64,000 nucleotides of DNA from NCBI GenBank assembly GCA_964106915.2, contig OZ066915.1; one strand, given 5' to 3'. The notes below the pieces were generated by a model. The model saw only the letters and a list, made by a program, of their open reading frames with translations, was not told where the DNA came from and did not search any database. Made by a program: the position numbers and the translations under genes. Source of the DNA: Podarcis gaigeae (Eukaryota). Positions within the stretch are counted from its first letter, which is position 1. Every line of letters begins with the position of its first letter. This document shows positions 12,804-24,601 of this stretch, one piece after another.

Positions 12804-15004
12804 GTAAACTTGGATTACTCTTTTCCTGCAATAAATAATTAGGCTGACATACTTGCACAAAGTATGAAGTTCAAGTATTTATAGAATAGCTAAAGCAGTT
12901 ACTTCCCCCTCCTATTTGTTAGTTTGTCCAGACTCTGGACCTCCTTTTTCTTTTGCTTCAGGTGGAAGCCGTCAGTAAAACATTTGTGTGTGCTTAATGG
13001 CCTCCTTGGCATAATACCTCTTAAAAACACAGGCCATGTTTTCCAGCATTGCTTTCTGAAGTGGCTTCAGATTAGTAACACTTTTAAAATGTGATTTAAA
13101 ATTGAAGCCTTATCTGAAGATATGTAAAATGCACCTACCCTGTTTGCCTATTTTCCTCAGTATGATATTTTACAGTCTTGGGAAATCCTGTTATACCATA
13201 GATATAATGTAGAAGAGTCCTTTGAATATTAGGGGTTTTGTTGGAGTACAAGGTAACCAACTGACCTAGCCCTAGAGCTGTGTATGTACTGTCTGTCTGG
13301 TAAGCTGGTGGAAAAAGTGAGCTAAGCATAAAAGTTACAGAAGTGGTGAATTTTGGTTTGGATGAAGATCCCACTCAGTGTTGTTTCATTGTGGTTCCTC
13401 TACATTGTGATACACCTACAGAACAAGATGGTGCAGAATTTGCCCCTGAATTGAAGTTTAAGGTCCATTTAACTTGGGACAGGCCAAATGCACTGGTTCC
13501 ACTCCATAATTAACTTCTTTTCAATGACTCTTGGAATTATGGGAAAGGTAGTTCCCATGTTCCATCTCTGCTCCTAGGCCTGGTGATATGGGTAGCCTCT
13601 GTAACTATATTTCCCATTATATGGATTGGCTCAAGCGTTCCTAGGAACAACCAGGCCAAAGAGCAGGCTGAGGCCTCAACTATGGGGAACTATACTACTA
13701 GTAATTAGGGATATAGAAGTGCCCTTACTCCCCATTGTTCAGACTTGGAGGTGATTCGAAATCTTTTAAACTCTGGCATATGTGATGACAAAATTATCTG
13801 TTGTCATTGAGCATTTTGTGTTCCTGCAGACTCCAGTTAATCTGTGCATTATGCAGAATGGATTATACTCCTAGTCCAAATTCACTGCTGAAATCTTGTA
13901 AATTCTGACAATGACACTTTGACATTGAAAACTTTGTCAGAAACATCTTAGTGGGTACACATACTGCCTACTCTGGATGTAGAGAATAAATTAATAAATG
14001 TCTGCTGCCTGACAAAATGAACAATGCTTTTATCAGCTGAAAATGGTACAGCTTGAGGAATTGATGAAGTCACATAAATAACCATTCTTCTGTTCTGAAA
14101 ATGGTTTGAATCAAAACATACCTGAAATATATTAATGTACAACCTCCTAGAAGCAGCATGTTAAGCAATACATTTGTCTTGTTTAGGGTCAGTGCTTAAG
14201 CAATAATCTTAACTTACATGTCTCGGGGTTTTATGTGTCAGACTCCCTTATTTATCTACTTTGTCCAAGGCTTTTGCTCTAGTTCATCACTGGCCTTGGC
14301 ATGGCTAGAGCAGATTTACGGCCTTCCTGGAAAGTAAATTTCTTCTATTGTCTAGGTTTCTGGTAGTAATGGAATTAACTTACCCTTTAATAGTTCTTCT
14401 TGTCACAAAGAATCCCAAAATGCTTGACACAGTGGCTACCCAGAGTTGCTTCTACCCACTTCTGGGGTGAAAGCAGTAGCTACCACTGTCACCAAATTCA
14501 AATAGCTATTCAGGGTGGGGAATAAATTATCCAGGTGAAACATATGGGGGACCTGAGCAGCAGGTATGGTCTTTCCTCAAAGAGAAGAGAGCCAAATCCA
14601 GTTTCAGTTAGCTTCCTGCGCCATGGCCTTAAACTATGTGAAATGGAATCTTAATATATAACCATGTTGCCTCATGTGCAAGTACAAAAATGTCCTATCT
14701 TTGTAATTAATTACCTTGCAGGCCTATACTGATATCAAGTATATAACTTACATTATGCTGGGTGGAACCAGCTTATAGAAAACGCAATTTAGCAAGTGGT
14801 GTGGTGTAACTAGGCAACTCCCACGCCTTGAACAGTAGCAACGAACATACGTTATTGTTTGATTTCAGTTACATAATACTGTTGTTGGGTTTCAGAGCCT
14901 TTCCAAGGACTGTATCTTCTGTACCTTGCTTCTTGGGAGGAGTACCTCTGAATTTGGTTCAGATAACTTTCACTTCCTCATTTGAGCATCCACAACTGGC
15001 TAAT

Positions 15005-15863
15005 GGCCTGGTTTGCAAATAACGCTAAACCAAACCATGGCTAAACATGAATGTGTGAGCCTGTGACTACTTGTAGCAAAAATTGCAGCTGCTTCATACC
15101 TCCTCTGGTCCTCCTGCTTCCAGGGGCAGGCCAAAGCATTTTGGTGATTGAGACTAAATGCCCTGCTGCCGCCCCCACACTTGGGGTGTGTATGCATGAG
15201 GCTCTGCAGGGCTTTTTCTCTTTCCACTCCACTGGTGGTGGTGGTGGGATGTAGGAAGGGATTTTCCCCCTTGCTGAGACTCCCTGCCCTGCAGAGAACT
15301 TTCCTGCGGGCCTCCTTCTGCCCCCAGGGGCAGAGCAAGACCAGCAGCAAAGCAGAGTGGTGGAACTCCCCACTCTCACCGAAACTAGGTGAGAGTGGGG
15401 CGTTCCAGTGGTGGCAGAAGCAGTGGGGCAGCCTGGGTGCTGCCTCTTGCATTTCTGCCACCTGAGGCAGCTGCTTCACCCTGCCTCATTTGTGTGCCTG
15501 CTTTGACTGCTGCCACACTGCCTGGAGCTTAACCATGGTTTGGCTTAGCATTACATCTGAACCTGGGCTTGTGATTTGTCTTGCTCCAGACAAACCATAA
15601 GCTGTAGCTAATGGTTTGTTCGGGTGCGGGGTGGGGGGTGGGACTTACAGCTCATAGTTTGTCTGGGGAACGCAAACCACCATGAGCCTTGATTTGGATG
15701 TGATGCCATGCCAGACCATGGCTTTGCTTTGCTCCAGGAAGCATGGCAGTAGGATGACCAGAGAAGTGAAGTTGCTGCCATCTTTGCTGTGAATACATAT
15801 ATGCTTACACATTCCTCTTTAGCCATGGGTTGGCTTGGCTTAGCATTACATGCAAACTGTGTC
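15005..15863. mobile_element. Old fold-back / MITE-like element with long imperfect terminal inverted repeats
   Basis: 15005-15140 (ggtttgcaaataacgctaaaccaaaccatggctaaa...gaatgtgtgagc) is an imperfect reverse complement of about 15720-15863. A second internal inverted pair lies at about 15530-15720. Confidence 0.6.
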
Positions 15864-17927
15864 AATGTCTTACTTAACTAAATCTGTGGTCACCTTGTCA
15901 TAGCAATCAGAACTGCTTGGTCTGCGAAATATTCTGTGTACTTTTAGGTGCTTCATCCTGATAAGAACTGCAGAAAAGGGACATGAGTTCCTTTCATAAA
16001 TAAGTAATCTAGGTTAACTGGCATCCAAATAGACATAATCTAAAATAGAATTGCTGTCAAGGTTCTTAACATTCCATGTATGCATTTTAGCTATTTAATG
16101 TGAAATATTTATTATAGTTCAGTTGTGCTATTTTGTCATTGCACGCTTTTAAGAGGCTATTTACTGTAACTCTTCATAGCTTTTTTTTTTAAATAAGCAT
16201 CCCAAAAAGATGTAAGATGTGACTCTGTAAAGCTATTCATCAACTCATTACTGGGTAAATGGGGATATAAATATTTCTGTATACTACAAGTTATTTTTCA
16301 AGGTGGCATTTCCTTTCAAATGTGAGATAATTGGCAGAAGCCTTTGTTGCTTGTGAAGTTTTAAAAATAGGCTCACACTATAACTCTAGAAAACATTCTG
16401 AATCCCATGAAATTGGATTGGCACACCGGATAATGGTAGCACAGATAGCTCAATTAATATCTGACTGAGTGCTTGGCTGCATGTTACATTCATCACATAA
16501 GAAGTAATCATGCATAATGTCAGACTTTGACCACTGAAAATTTTGAAGTATCCCTTGAAACAAGCAAAGAAAGCTAGAGTTGATTGTAGGCAGGCTGGAG
16601 ACATGATCATTCTTTTCCTCAGTGGCTATTGCCTTAAGGTCAGGGATAGAGAACCCCAGGTCCTAATAGTGGACTGTGGGATGCTCCCAAGCCACAGCCC
16701 CTCTTTGGGTGGTTCTGGTTAGCAGGAATATGTATGTCACTGAACTGTGATCATGCCTCTTCCTGGCTGACTGGAATGTAGAAGCCTCTGACTTTTCTAT
16801 GGCTGGAATGCAGCCCACCGTACTCAGGTCACATCCATTGTTCTTCCCACCATTGCCTCTGGATCCAAGCACCACTGACTTGCAGGTGCTGAAAGCCTGT
16901 AAACGTTGAGAGAGAAATGGTTACTAATGAACTAGCAACTAAAGAAGAACTTAAAAAAAAAAATCTTTAATGTATTTTTGTCACATATACTACCCAATTA
17001 ATCATGTCCCTTAGGCAATTCACAGATTTCAGATAAATAAAATATGAATACAGTCAACCAAATCAATTAATATAAAAGTTGCACCAGGAGAAAAATTAAG
17101 CATAAAACCACATAACATGGAATAAAGGGTTGGTGGATGAATTAAGATGGCCAGTAGTTCCTAGGAATGGGCCACAGACTCTCGTGAGAAATTGCCCTTT
17201 TCCTTCCTTCATCATTATGGTTAATAACTACATCGGCACTGACCTTAACACTGTTTCATGTTAACCAAGGTTCCCATTGTGCCTATGGTTTGCAGAACTG
17301 CTTCAAAATCTTGATTGTGGTAGAAACACTGGTTAGGTTGATGCAGTTTAATACCTAGCCATGATAATGGGTTATGAGAAAGGGTTGGAGAAATTACTGT
17401 ATGACAGGGATGGGGAACTTCTAACCCTCCAGATGTCAGCCCCACCCATGGTTGGGATGATGGGTCTTGTAATCCAACAACCTCTTGGAGGCTCCTGATT
17501 TCTCATCCCTGCTGAATGAAATTTAGATCTTGGAAAAGAGTGTGTGATTCTGTGACCTGTTCAAATCTCTTGGCTAAGATTAGAATTCAGGATTGTTACC
17601 CAAAGTTCTCGTGAGCTCTCATACATACACTCCTGTTCTCTCAAATGTGTTTGCCTAGCAAGAAGAGACAGTAGCTTACATTCAGCTTTTAAAATGTATA
17701 CCCAATTGATTAATTGAAAGCTGAAGAAAACAAAACGTGTGTAGGAAACTGTGGTGTTGGTTCACCTTGGGGTCAGTCACTATTAAGTGATAGCTGAAAA
17801 AGGGTATGTTTTTCTGGTTATCATTGGTGAATTTTGAAGAGCAATGAGACTGGCTTCCCTCTTAATTTTTTTGAGACATTGTTAGCACAGTAACCCCAGA
17901 AGACTGCAGACGTTTTTTGTTTGTATG

Positions 17928-18101
17928 GGGAAGGACCATAGCTCTGAGGTCAATAATGTTTTGTGTGTAGAAGGTCCAGATTCAATTCATAGCCGGTAGG
18001 GAGTACTCCCTGTCTCTTAAACCCTGGAGAGCTGCTGCCAGTTGGTCTAGACAGCACTGAGTTAGATGGATCAATGGTCTGATTTGGTATAGGGCAGCTT
18101 C
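17928..18101 (+). mobile_element. Squam3-like tRNA-derived SINE
   Basis: Degenerate tRNA head, body 'aaaccctggagagctgctgccag...agatggatcaatggtctga...ggcagcttc'; flanked by ttgtatg direct repeats. Confidence 0.7.
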
Positions 18102-18650
18102 TTGTATGTAGAGGGGATTTTTGTTTTGGGGTAAATGTGTATCAATAGCCTCCTAAAGAAGCATATTTGCTTGGTTTTTGGATTATTATTTTTTTAAATT
18201 CTGCACTTTTGTATTTTAGCAGAGACAGAGAGTTATACTACCCAAACAATTGTCCTCTAAACTATTGTCAAATGTTAGGGAACTTTGTTTTTGTTGACCA
18301 CCTTCCTGAATCCTCGTTATTCGCCTGCCTTGAGCAGCTGTCATTTTCAGTATGATATTTATATCCACAGGAGTGTCTGCAGAAGTCTTTCTCTAGAGAC
18401 TTAATTGCATTTCCTTTATGAGAGATTTGACTTTCATGGACTGAACTTGACACAGAGAGACATGCTTCTCCTCCTCCTCACTACAGTTATTTGAGATGGC
18501 AATTTGATCATTGTCATGCTAATAATGAATCAGACGATATGCTTTCTTCCCTATAATAAAATATACTGCATAGTCTCAAATGGTCATCAGTTGCCTGGAA
18601 ATAGGGCAGGAAGAAGCTGATTAACTGAAGGAGGATAGTGGTATAATGAA

Positions 18651-19510
18651 AACATAAGAAGAGCCCTGCTGGATCAGATCAAGCCTTCATTTAGTTTAGC
18701 ATCCTGTTTTCCAGAGTGCTCAACCAGATGACTCCAGCAAGTCATCAAGCAAGGCGTGGATGCAATAGGCCTCCCATGTGTCCATCCTTCTTAATGGGTA
18801 TTCAGTGGAATATTGTTTACGAAAATGGATCTTCCACTTAGCCACCCTGACTGATAGCTACTGATAGATCTATACTGAATGATTTTACAAAATCCTCATT
18901 TAAAGTAATCTAAAGCTAGTGTTGGTAACCACATCTTGTGGTAGTGAATCCATCAATTATGCATTGTGTAAAGATGTGCTTTATCTTGTCTGTCCTGAAT
19001 CTACTGCCAGTTTCATTGGGTGACTCCCAATTTCTAGTATTATGAGAGTGGGAGGACACGTTTTCAATACACACCACCTTCATGCCATAGACTCATTGAA
19101 TTGTAGAGTAAGGAAGGAACCACAAGTGTCATCTAGTGCAACACCCTGCAATGCAGGAATCTTTTGCCAAACATGGGGCTTGATTCCATGACCCTGAGAT
19201 TAAAGGTCTAATGTTTATAAACCTGTTTCAAAAAAAAAAAACACAAACCAAAAACCCTTTAGGTGTTACTAAACTGAAAAGTCCCAAGTGTGTTAGTCCT
19301 TCCTTGTAGGGAAAGTGCCCTAACCCACTTGATCACTTTGGTTGCCCATTTTGCATTGAATCCATTTCTGCACTATGGGGTACTATGGATTTCAAATCCA
19401 GCCACACCAGAGATTTTATAGAATGACATTATGATACTGATAGTCGTCTTGTCAATGCTTTGCCTGGAATTTTCCTCTTTTTTAACACTACACACTGAGT
19501 TAATGTTTTT
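18651..19510 (-). mobile_element. Decayed CR1-type LINE 3' fragment with a nested SINE
   Basis: Starts 'aacataagaagagccctgctggatcag...agcatcctg...caaccagatg', the reverse of a squamate CR1 3' end, and continues as degenerate CR1 ORF2-like sequence. Confidence 0.6.
19088..19215 (-). mobile_element. tRNA-head / CR1-tail SINE fragment
   Basis: 'ttgtagag...gtcatctagt...ccctgcaatgcaggaatcttttgcc...ggggcttga..ccatgaccctgagattaa': a CR1-like tail joined to a reverse tRNA B-box. A related fragment lies at about 29841-29915. Confidence 0.55.
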
Positions 19511-19895
19511 GTCGAGCTATCCATAATAATCTTTTTTATCTACCATAACCCTATTTTTTTTAATTAAACTCTTTTAAATATTGTACTGTATTTTATATTG
19601 TTGTACCCTGCCCTGAGACCTTAGGGTGACGTATGAGTAATAAATCAAACTGTTATTAACATTAATAATGAATAATAATAACCCCACAGTCTTTCCAAGT
19701 TACTAACCGTCAGTTGATTAATATACCTGTGAATTTGGGATTAAGTATTCAGCTCTGCTAAGCTTTCACACTGTTGTGTGAGGTTAGTTAAAAGCAACCA
19801 AAGCAAAGTCATGAAGTGCTCTTAAAATGGTGAAATACTTAGGTAAAAGATGTTGAGGAAGAATAAAAAATTATCTCCCTTTTAGATGAAGTCAT

Positions 19896-19928
<33 letters not shown>

Positions 19929-22197
19929 GTTTTCCTGTTCCATTCTTAAAATCTATGAAGATAAAGTGGTGATAGTATTAATGAGAGCAGATTAGGTTAT
20001 TGTAGGAGGTACATTAAATGTATCAAGCCCAGCTGGTTGCATCATATTAAACTGCTAAGACAGCTACTGTACAGTGTTTTTATGTACTTTGATAATTGAG
20101 GATAAGATTTCTATAACACCTCACTTTTCTCTTCCAGTATTAAAATAAAATGGTGCCACTTACAACTAGAATGGTGAAGTAATGGCAAACTATGGGAAGG
20201 CCCCAATATAATATGTTAAATAATAGTGGAAGCTTTCTTGAAGCAGCAAGCAAAATCTATAAATAGGAGGATGCAGAAACATTCTTAGTCCACCTCTTAT
20301 ATGCAAGAAAAAGAAATTTTGGTGACAAGAAGACTGTGTCACAAAGAAGTTCAGAGCTTCATCGTGCCTTATGTCTTCTTAGTCTGTCTTTTTCAAGTTG
20401 CAAAATGCTTACTCAAAAGCTAGCTGGGTGACATTAAGTGCTGTGTGCAGCAAGCTACAGCACATTACTTTCTGCATTAATTAGAGAGGCTGTTGCATGT
20501 ATTGCAACACAGCTGCCTTGTAATAATTTTGTAATATGAAGAAATTCTAGATTTTTATGCAAGCCCCATGGTTTTCTAATGTATGGAACATTGCTTTATC
20601 TGAATGTTGATAGAGTATAGTCTGTATAGTCTGGGGCAAAACCAAATTGAACAGTTTTGATGCAGTCTAGTGTCCATTTTTATATTATCTAAATCAGGAG
20701 CACCGTATAAGTACCCCTCCCATGACTCACTTCTTGATGTGGTTGGTTGATATAGACTCAGCTTCAAGACTTGGTTATATGTAACTGCACCTCTGTTTTT
20801 ATACTGAATCTGCTCCATGTATGGTTTCATTATTGCTTGTATGGTTATGCGTTAATTTGCCCATATGTTTTTGATAAATCAATAAAAATTTTCAAAAGGA
20901 AAAAAAACCCCTATTTAGATAGAGTATGAGGAGGGAAGTAAAGGAATGATTTAAACTCTCCCTTCATTTATTTCTATGATGGGCCCATTATTTTTTCTGT
21001 AGATTTGCTGATTTTTCTGAAGTGCCTATTATGCTTGGAACACTTTCTGTGTGAAGGTTTTGTGGTTTGAGGACTTCTCTTGAGGTTGCAGTCACATGTG
21101 TCCATTTGCAGTAAAATGGCAACCACTGACTTGTTGAACATCCTTTGATGGAGCTTTCAGAAAGCCACAGCCACTAGTGTGCAAGATCAAAGGCAAATGA
21201 GTGACTTATTCAGTATTTTGGACAACTAATAAACAGCTCACTGAAACTATGCTTAAAATAAAGCCTTATTCAAGGAAGTTATTCTAAAGTAAGCTGCCTC
21301 CTTCAAATAAGACATAATGCTAACTAATCACTATTTGAGCTTGTTTTTAGAGAGATGAGTAGAGCCAAGTGACCCCTTGGCTTGAAGAGGCTGTAAACCT
21401 CCCAGTGGCTTACTTAAGGTGGTAATGCCTAATAAGAAGCCAAGTTTTTAAAGTTCAAAACATAACCCGGCTGGTTACCAGCTTTGTACATTCTCAGGAG
21501 ATAGGGGAGTATCAAAATCTTTATATTGGTGCTTTCTCCCCCTTCGTTGATGATACTTGAAGGATCTGTATGGAACTCGAGCCCTCTTAAGTCATATTTT
21601 ATACAAGTTAAGTAAACATGCAAGGAGTGGGGCATGGCAGCAGGCATACTAATTCCACCACCACCAAACCTCCACAAATTGGAAAATCAGGGTTTTAAAA
21701 TGTGTGGGAGCCTCAGTGAGTGCAGATTTCCAGCTTCAGAAGACTGCCTCCAACCCAAAAGAACTGGTGGGGATGGGGACATGTGCTTGTCCCCATGGCC
21801 GCCTCTTGTATGTTTACTTAATATTTATAGAGAACACCTGAAGAAGCTTTTGTGTCCTCTGTCATTGTTGTCCATTTTCATCCGTTTCAGTAGTAGGTGG
21901 GTTCTCTTGGAAAGCAAAGAGAAAGTGGGGCACTTGTGTAAAAATGCATGTAGGAGGTGCTTGTGTAGTATGGGATAAGATGAGTGCTGGACTTTCAGCA
22001 GAACAAACTTCTGCAAAGTATGAGTAGAGAAACAAGAAAATGACTTTGGCAATAACAGAACTGTAAATAAGTTAAGTGTAGAAGGTGGGGTGGACTGGGA
22101 AGGGAGGGGAGCCTAGAACACGTGTTTGATGGGGGTTAACTTTCAAAAGATTTAGGAGAATGAAGAAGTGTCTGATTGGGAAGTTGATACTTTTGAT

Positions 22198-22333
22198 CAG
22201 GCCTAGGCAAACTCAGCCCTCCAGATGTTTAGGGACTACAACTCCCATCATCCCTGACCACTGGTCCTGTTAGCTAGCAATGATTGGAGTTGTAGTCCCA
22301 AAACATCTGGAGGGCTGAGTTTGCCTGTGCCTG
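22198..22333. mobile_element. Palindromic hAT-type MITE with perfect 8-bp TSD
   Basis: caggc...ggcaaactcagccctccagatgttt / aaacatctggagggctgagtttgcc...cctg inverted arms; TSD cttttgat at 22190-22197 and 22334-22341. Older relatives lie near 17400-17510, 26095-26200, 38740-38990, 58167-58300 and 61300-61420. Confidence 0.9.
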
Positions 22334-23688
22334 CTTTTGATTCTAGCTGTTGGAAAGTAGAGGTGTAACATTTCTGGAATTTTTGAAGCCATTTAGCGTG
22401 CCTTCTAGGGGGAAAGAGAAATATATGCAATATGTTCTTCTCATACCTGAACTTAGATTGCCACCTTGAGATCGTGACATGTATTGTGTGTAATTTAGCA
22501 AATAATACTACATTGTTTGCTATGAATGTCTTTAAAGTTTTATTCAAACAACAATTATATACTGTAGTCAGTGCTTAAGAGCGACCTGCAAGTTGCTGGA
22601 CCTAAAAGTGAAAAAATGCATTTTGGATTTTGCTAGTTGGCAATAATAAAAATCGACAATGGGAATGCTTGACACTGTAGTAAACAAAAGGGAGGCTTTA
22701 TTATCTGGACTTAGTGCGGGTGGCTTGTATCCAGAGAACTGTGCGATTAGCTTTGCATACCAAAGAAGCTTTGGAATTGTTTTTCTCAAATAGCAGTTCC
22801 CCTTTCTCATTTATGGCAAACCTCTTTTGAACCAGAAGAATTTTATAAGCCATGTGTGCTATGGAGTGCAGTTTCCAACTTTAAAGGAAAAAGGCCTAAG
22901 ATCCCCCACCCTTGAGCTTTTAGAAGGCTGGTCTGAGGCAAAGTGCTCATTCAGCCCTTTCAGTGAATACTATGTCTTCTAGGTGGGGCATCACTTTTAA
23001 CTCTTAAGGTAGCATTTATGAAATGGCAATTGGCTTTTATAATGCATTTGCTACCTGACAGTAGCATACCCCTCAGTATTTTGGACAACTTCTTAACGAA
23101 TGTTGCTATTGAATTGTCATTTGGCTCCAATCTACTTTGCGGGAGTTCAGTTAAATGTGCCTTACCTAGAGACCTCTGCATGAGAGGACATTGGAGGTGC
23201 TCTCCTTCACTTCAGTGAAACCAACAAATGTAAGCCTCATTTTTGAAAAATGACACATCAAAAGAATGAATAGACCCAAAATAGCAGCAAGAATCCGCCA
23301 AGGTCATTGAGCAATAACCACGGTACAATAACTTGTGAAGAAAGAAACTGCTTCTATGATGAAACCTACTTTTCCCTTCTGGTGTCTGAAGAATTTCAAA
23401 GTCTGTGCCAGAGGATGCCACTGTCACAAAGAAGAGAATTGACTGTGTAACAAACTTCATTTTGAGGTCATTAGAAATGACATAGTTAATAGATCCTTTT
23501 TTCTTAGTGTCTTTTTTTCAAAATTAATTTCTTTTATGTTTTCATGCTGGTCTGATTTACCTTTTTGGATAGTATGAAAACTAACTGAAATGAATGCACT
23601 GATTATGTTTCTGGTTCTGGTTTCCTTATTTGGCTTGATGTCCATGTGGTGGTTGCAAGCTCCAGATTTATAAAACAACTTACAAAGA

Positions 23689-23881
23689 AACATAGGAGGC
23701 CAACTTGTACTGAGTCAGACAACTGATCCACCTAGCTCAGTATTGCCTAGACTAACTGGCAGAAGCTTTCCATGGTTTCAGGCATAGGGCATTCACAGCT
23801 GTACCTGGAGATGCTGAGGATAAAGCCTGAGACCTTTTGCATGCAAGGCAGATACTTTACCAGTTAGCCATTTCACTTCCC
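23689..23881 (-). mobile_element. Squam3-like SINE (antisense)
   Basis: 'aacataggag...actgagtcagac...ctagctcagtattg...actggcag...acctggagatgc...gaccttttgcatgcaaggcaga', the reverse complement of the same family as 17928-18101. Confidence 0.7.
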
Positions 23882-24540
23882 AAAGGTCTGCTGAAAAGTT
23901 CCAAAAAAAGGACAAGGGAGTTCTAAGTTGAAACTGAGTGAATTAGACAAAGTCATCTCAATGAGAAATACAATTTACAGAGAGCTCACAAAGCTCCCTT
24001 TATCTCAAGCTAAGTCTTTCTTCCCCAGTGCTGGGTATAGGCAGAAACAGGACTCTTGAGGGCCTTCCTTCACATGAAGTTATTAGAGCAATGATTGTGC
24101 AGTTCTTATCTATTTGTTGCTCAGTAGCTGCAATACTTTCTTCGTGGAAAGACTTCTGTTTCAGAAGTTGTTTCCTTTTCTCGGAACGTACTCTCAATGT
24201 GATATATCATCCTTCATCAATCACACCACAGAACTGCAATTGCAATGCCAAAGGTTGGTATTGCAATGGCTGTTGCTAATGACATCATGAGTGACAAAGC
24301 AATAAAGGCCTACTTACATGCCAATGCTATTTTGTGGGCATTTATTTTTACAGTTTCTTATGGCTGCTGGCTGCACTGCTGTGCAACATCAGTGCTTCAT
24401 TGCTTATACAGCAGTATTTGAAGTTGTTTGGTGGTTCCGTCTTTCCACAGAGTCATTTGAGGAACTATTAAAGTTTCTATCCCACCTAACCTGGTATTTA
24501 GTTAGCATTCAGCTGGACAGGGCAAGTTTTAGCTGCTGTA

Positions 24541-24601
24541 ATCACACACTTCTATCTGTGATCACACACTTCTATCTTTCTGTGATCACACACTTCTATC
24601 T
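24541..24601. repeat. Triple tandem duplication of atcacacacttctatct
   Basis: Three identical 17-mers with gtg and ttctgtg spacers. Confidence 0.9.

Noticed and set aside
14514-14563. AG...GT segment reading GWGINYPG, loosely like a CPEB exon 3
   Set aside because: It is 50 nt (not frame-preserving), has no pyrimidine tract, and the similarity is weak.
18252-18270. gtcctctaaactattg resembling the start of mammalian exon 3
   Set aside because: Not preceded by AG, and the similarity stops after about 15 nt.
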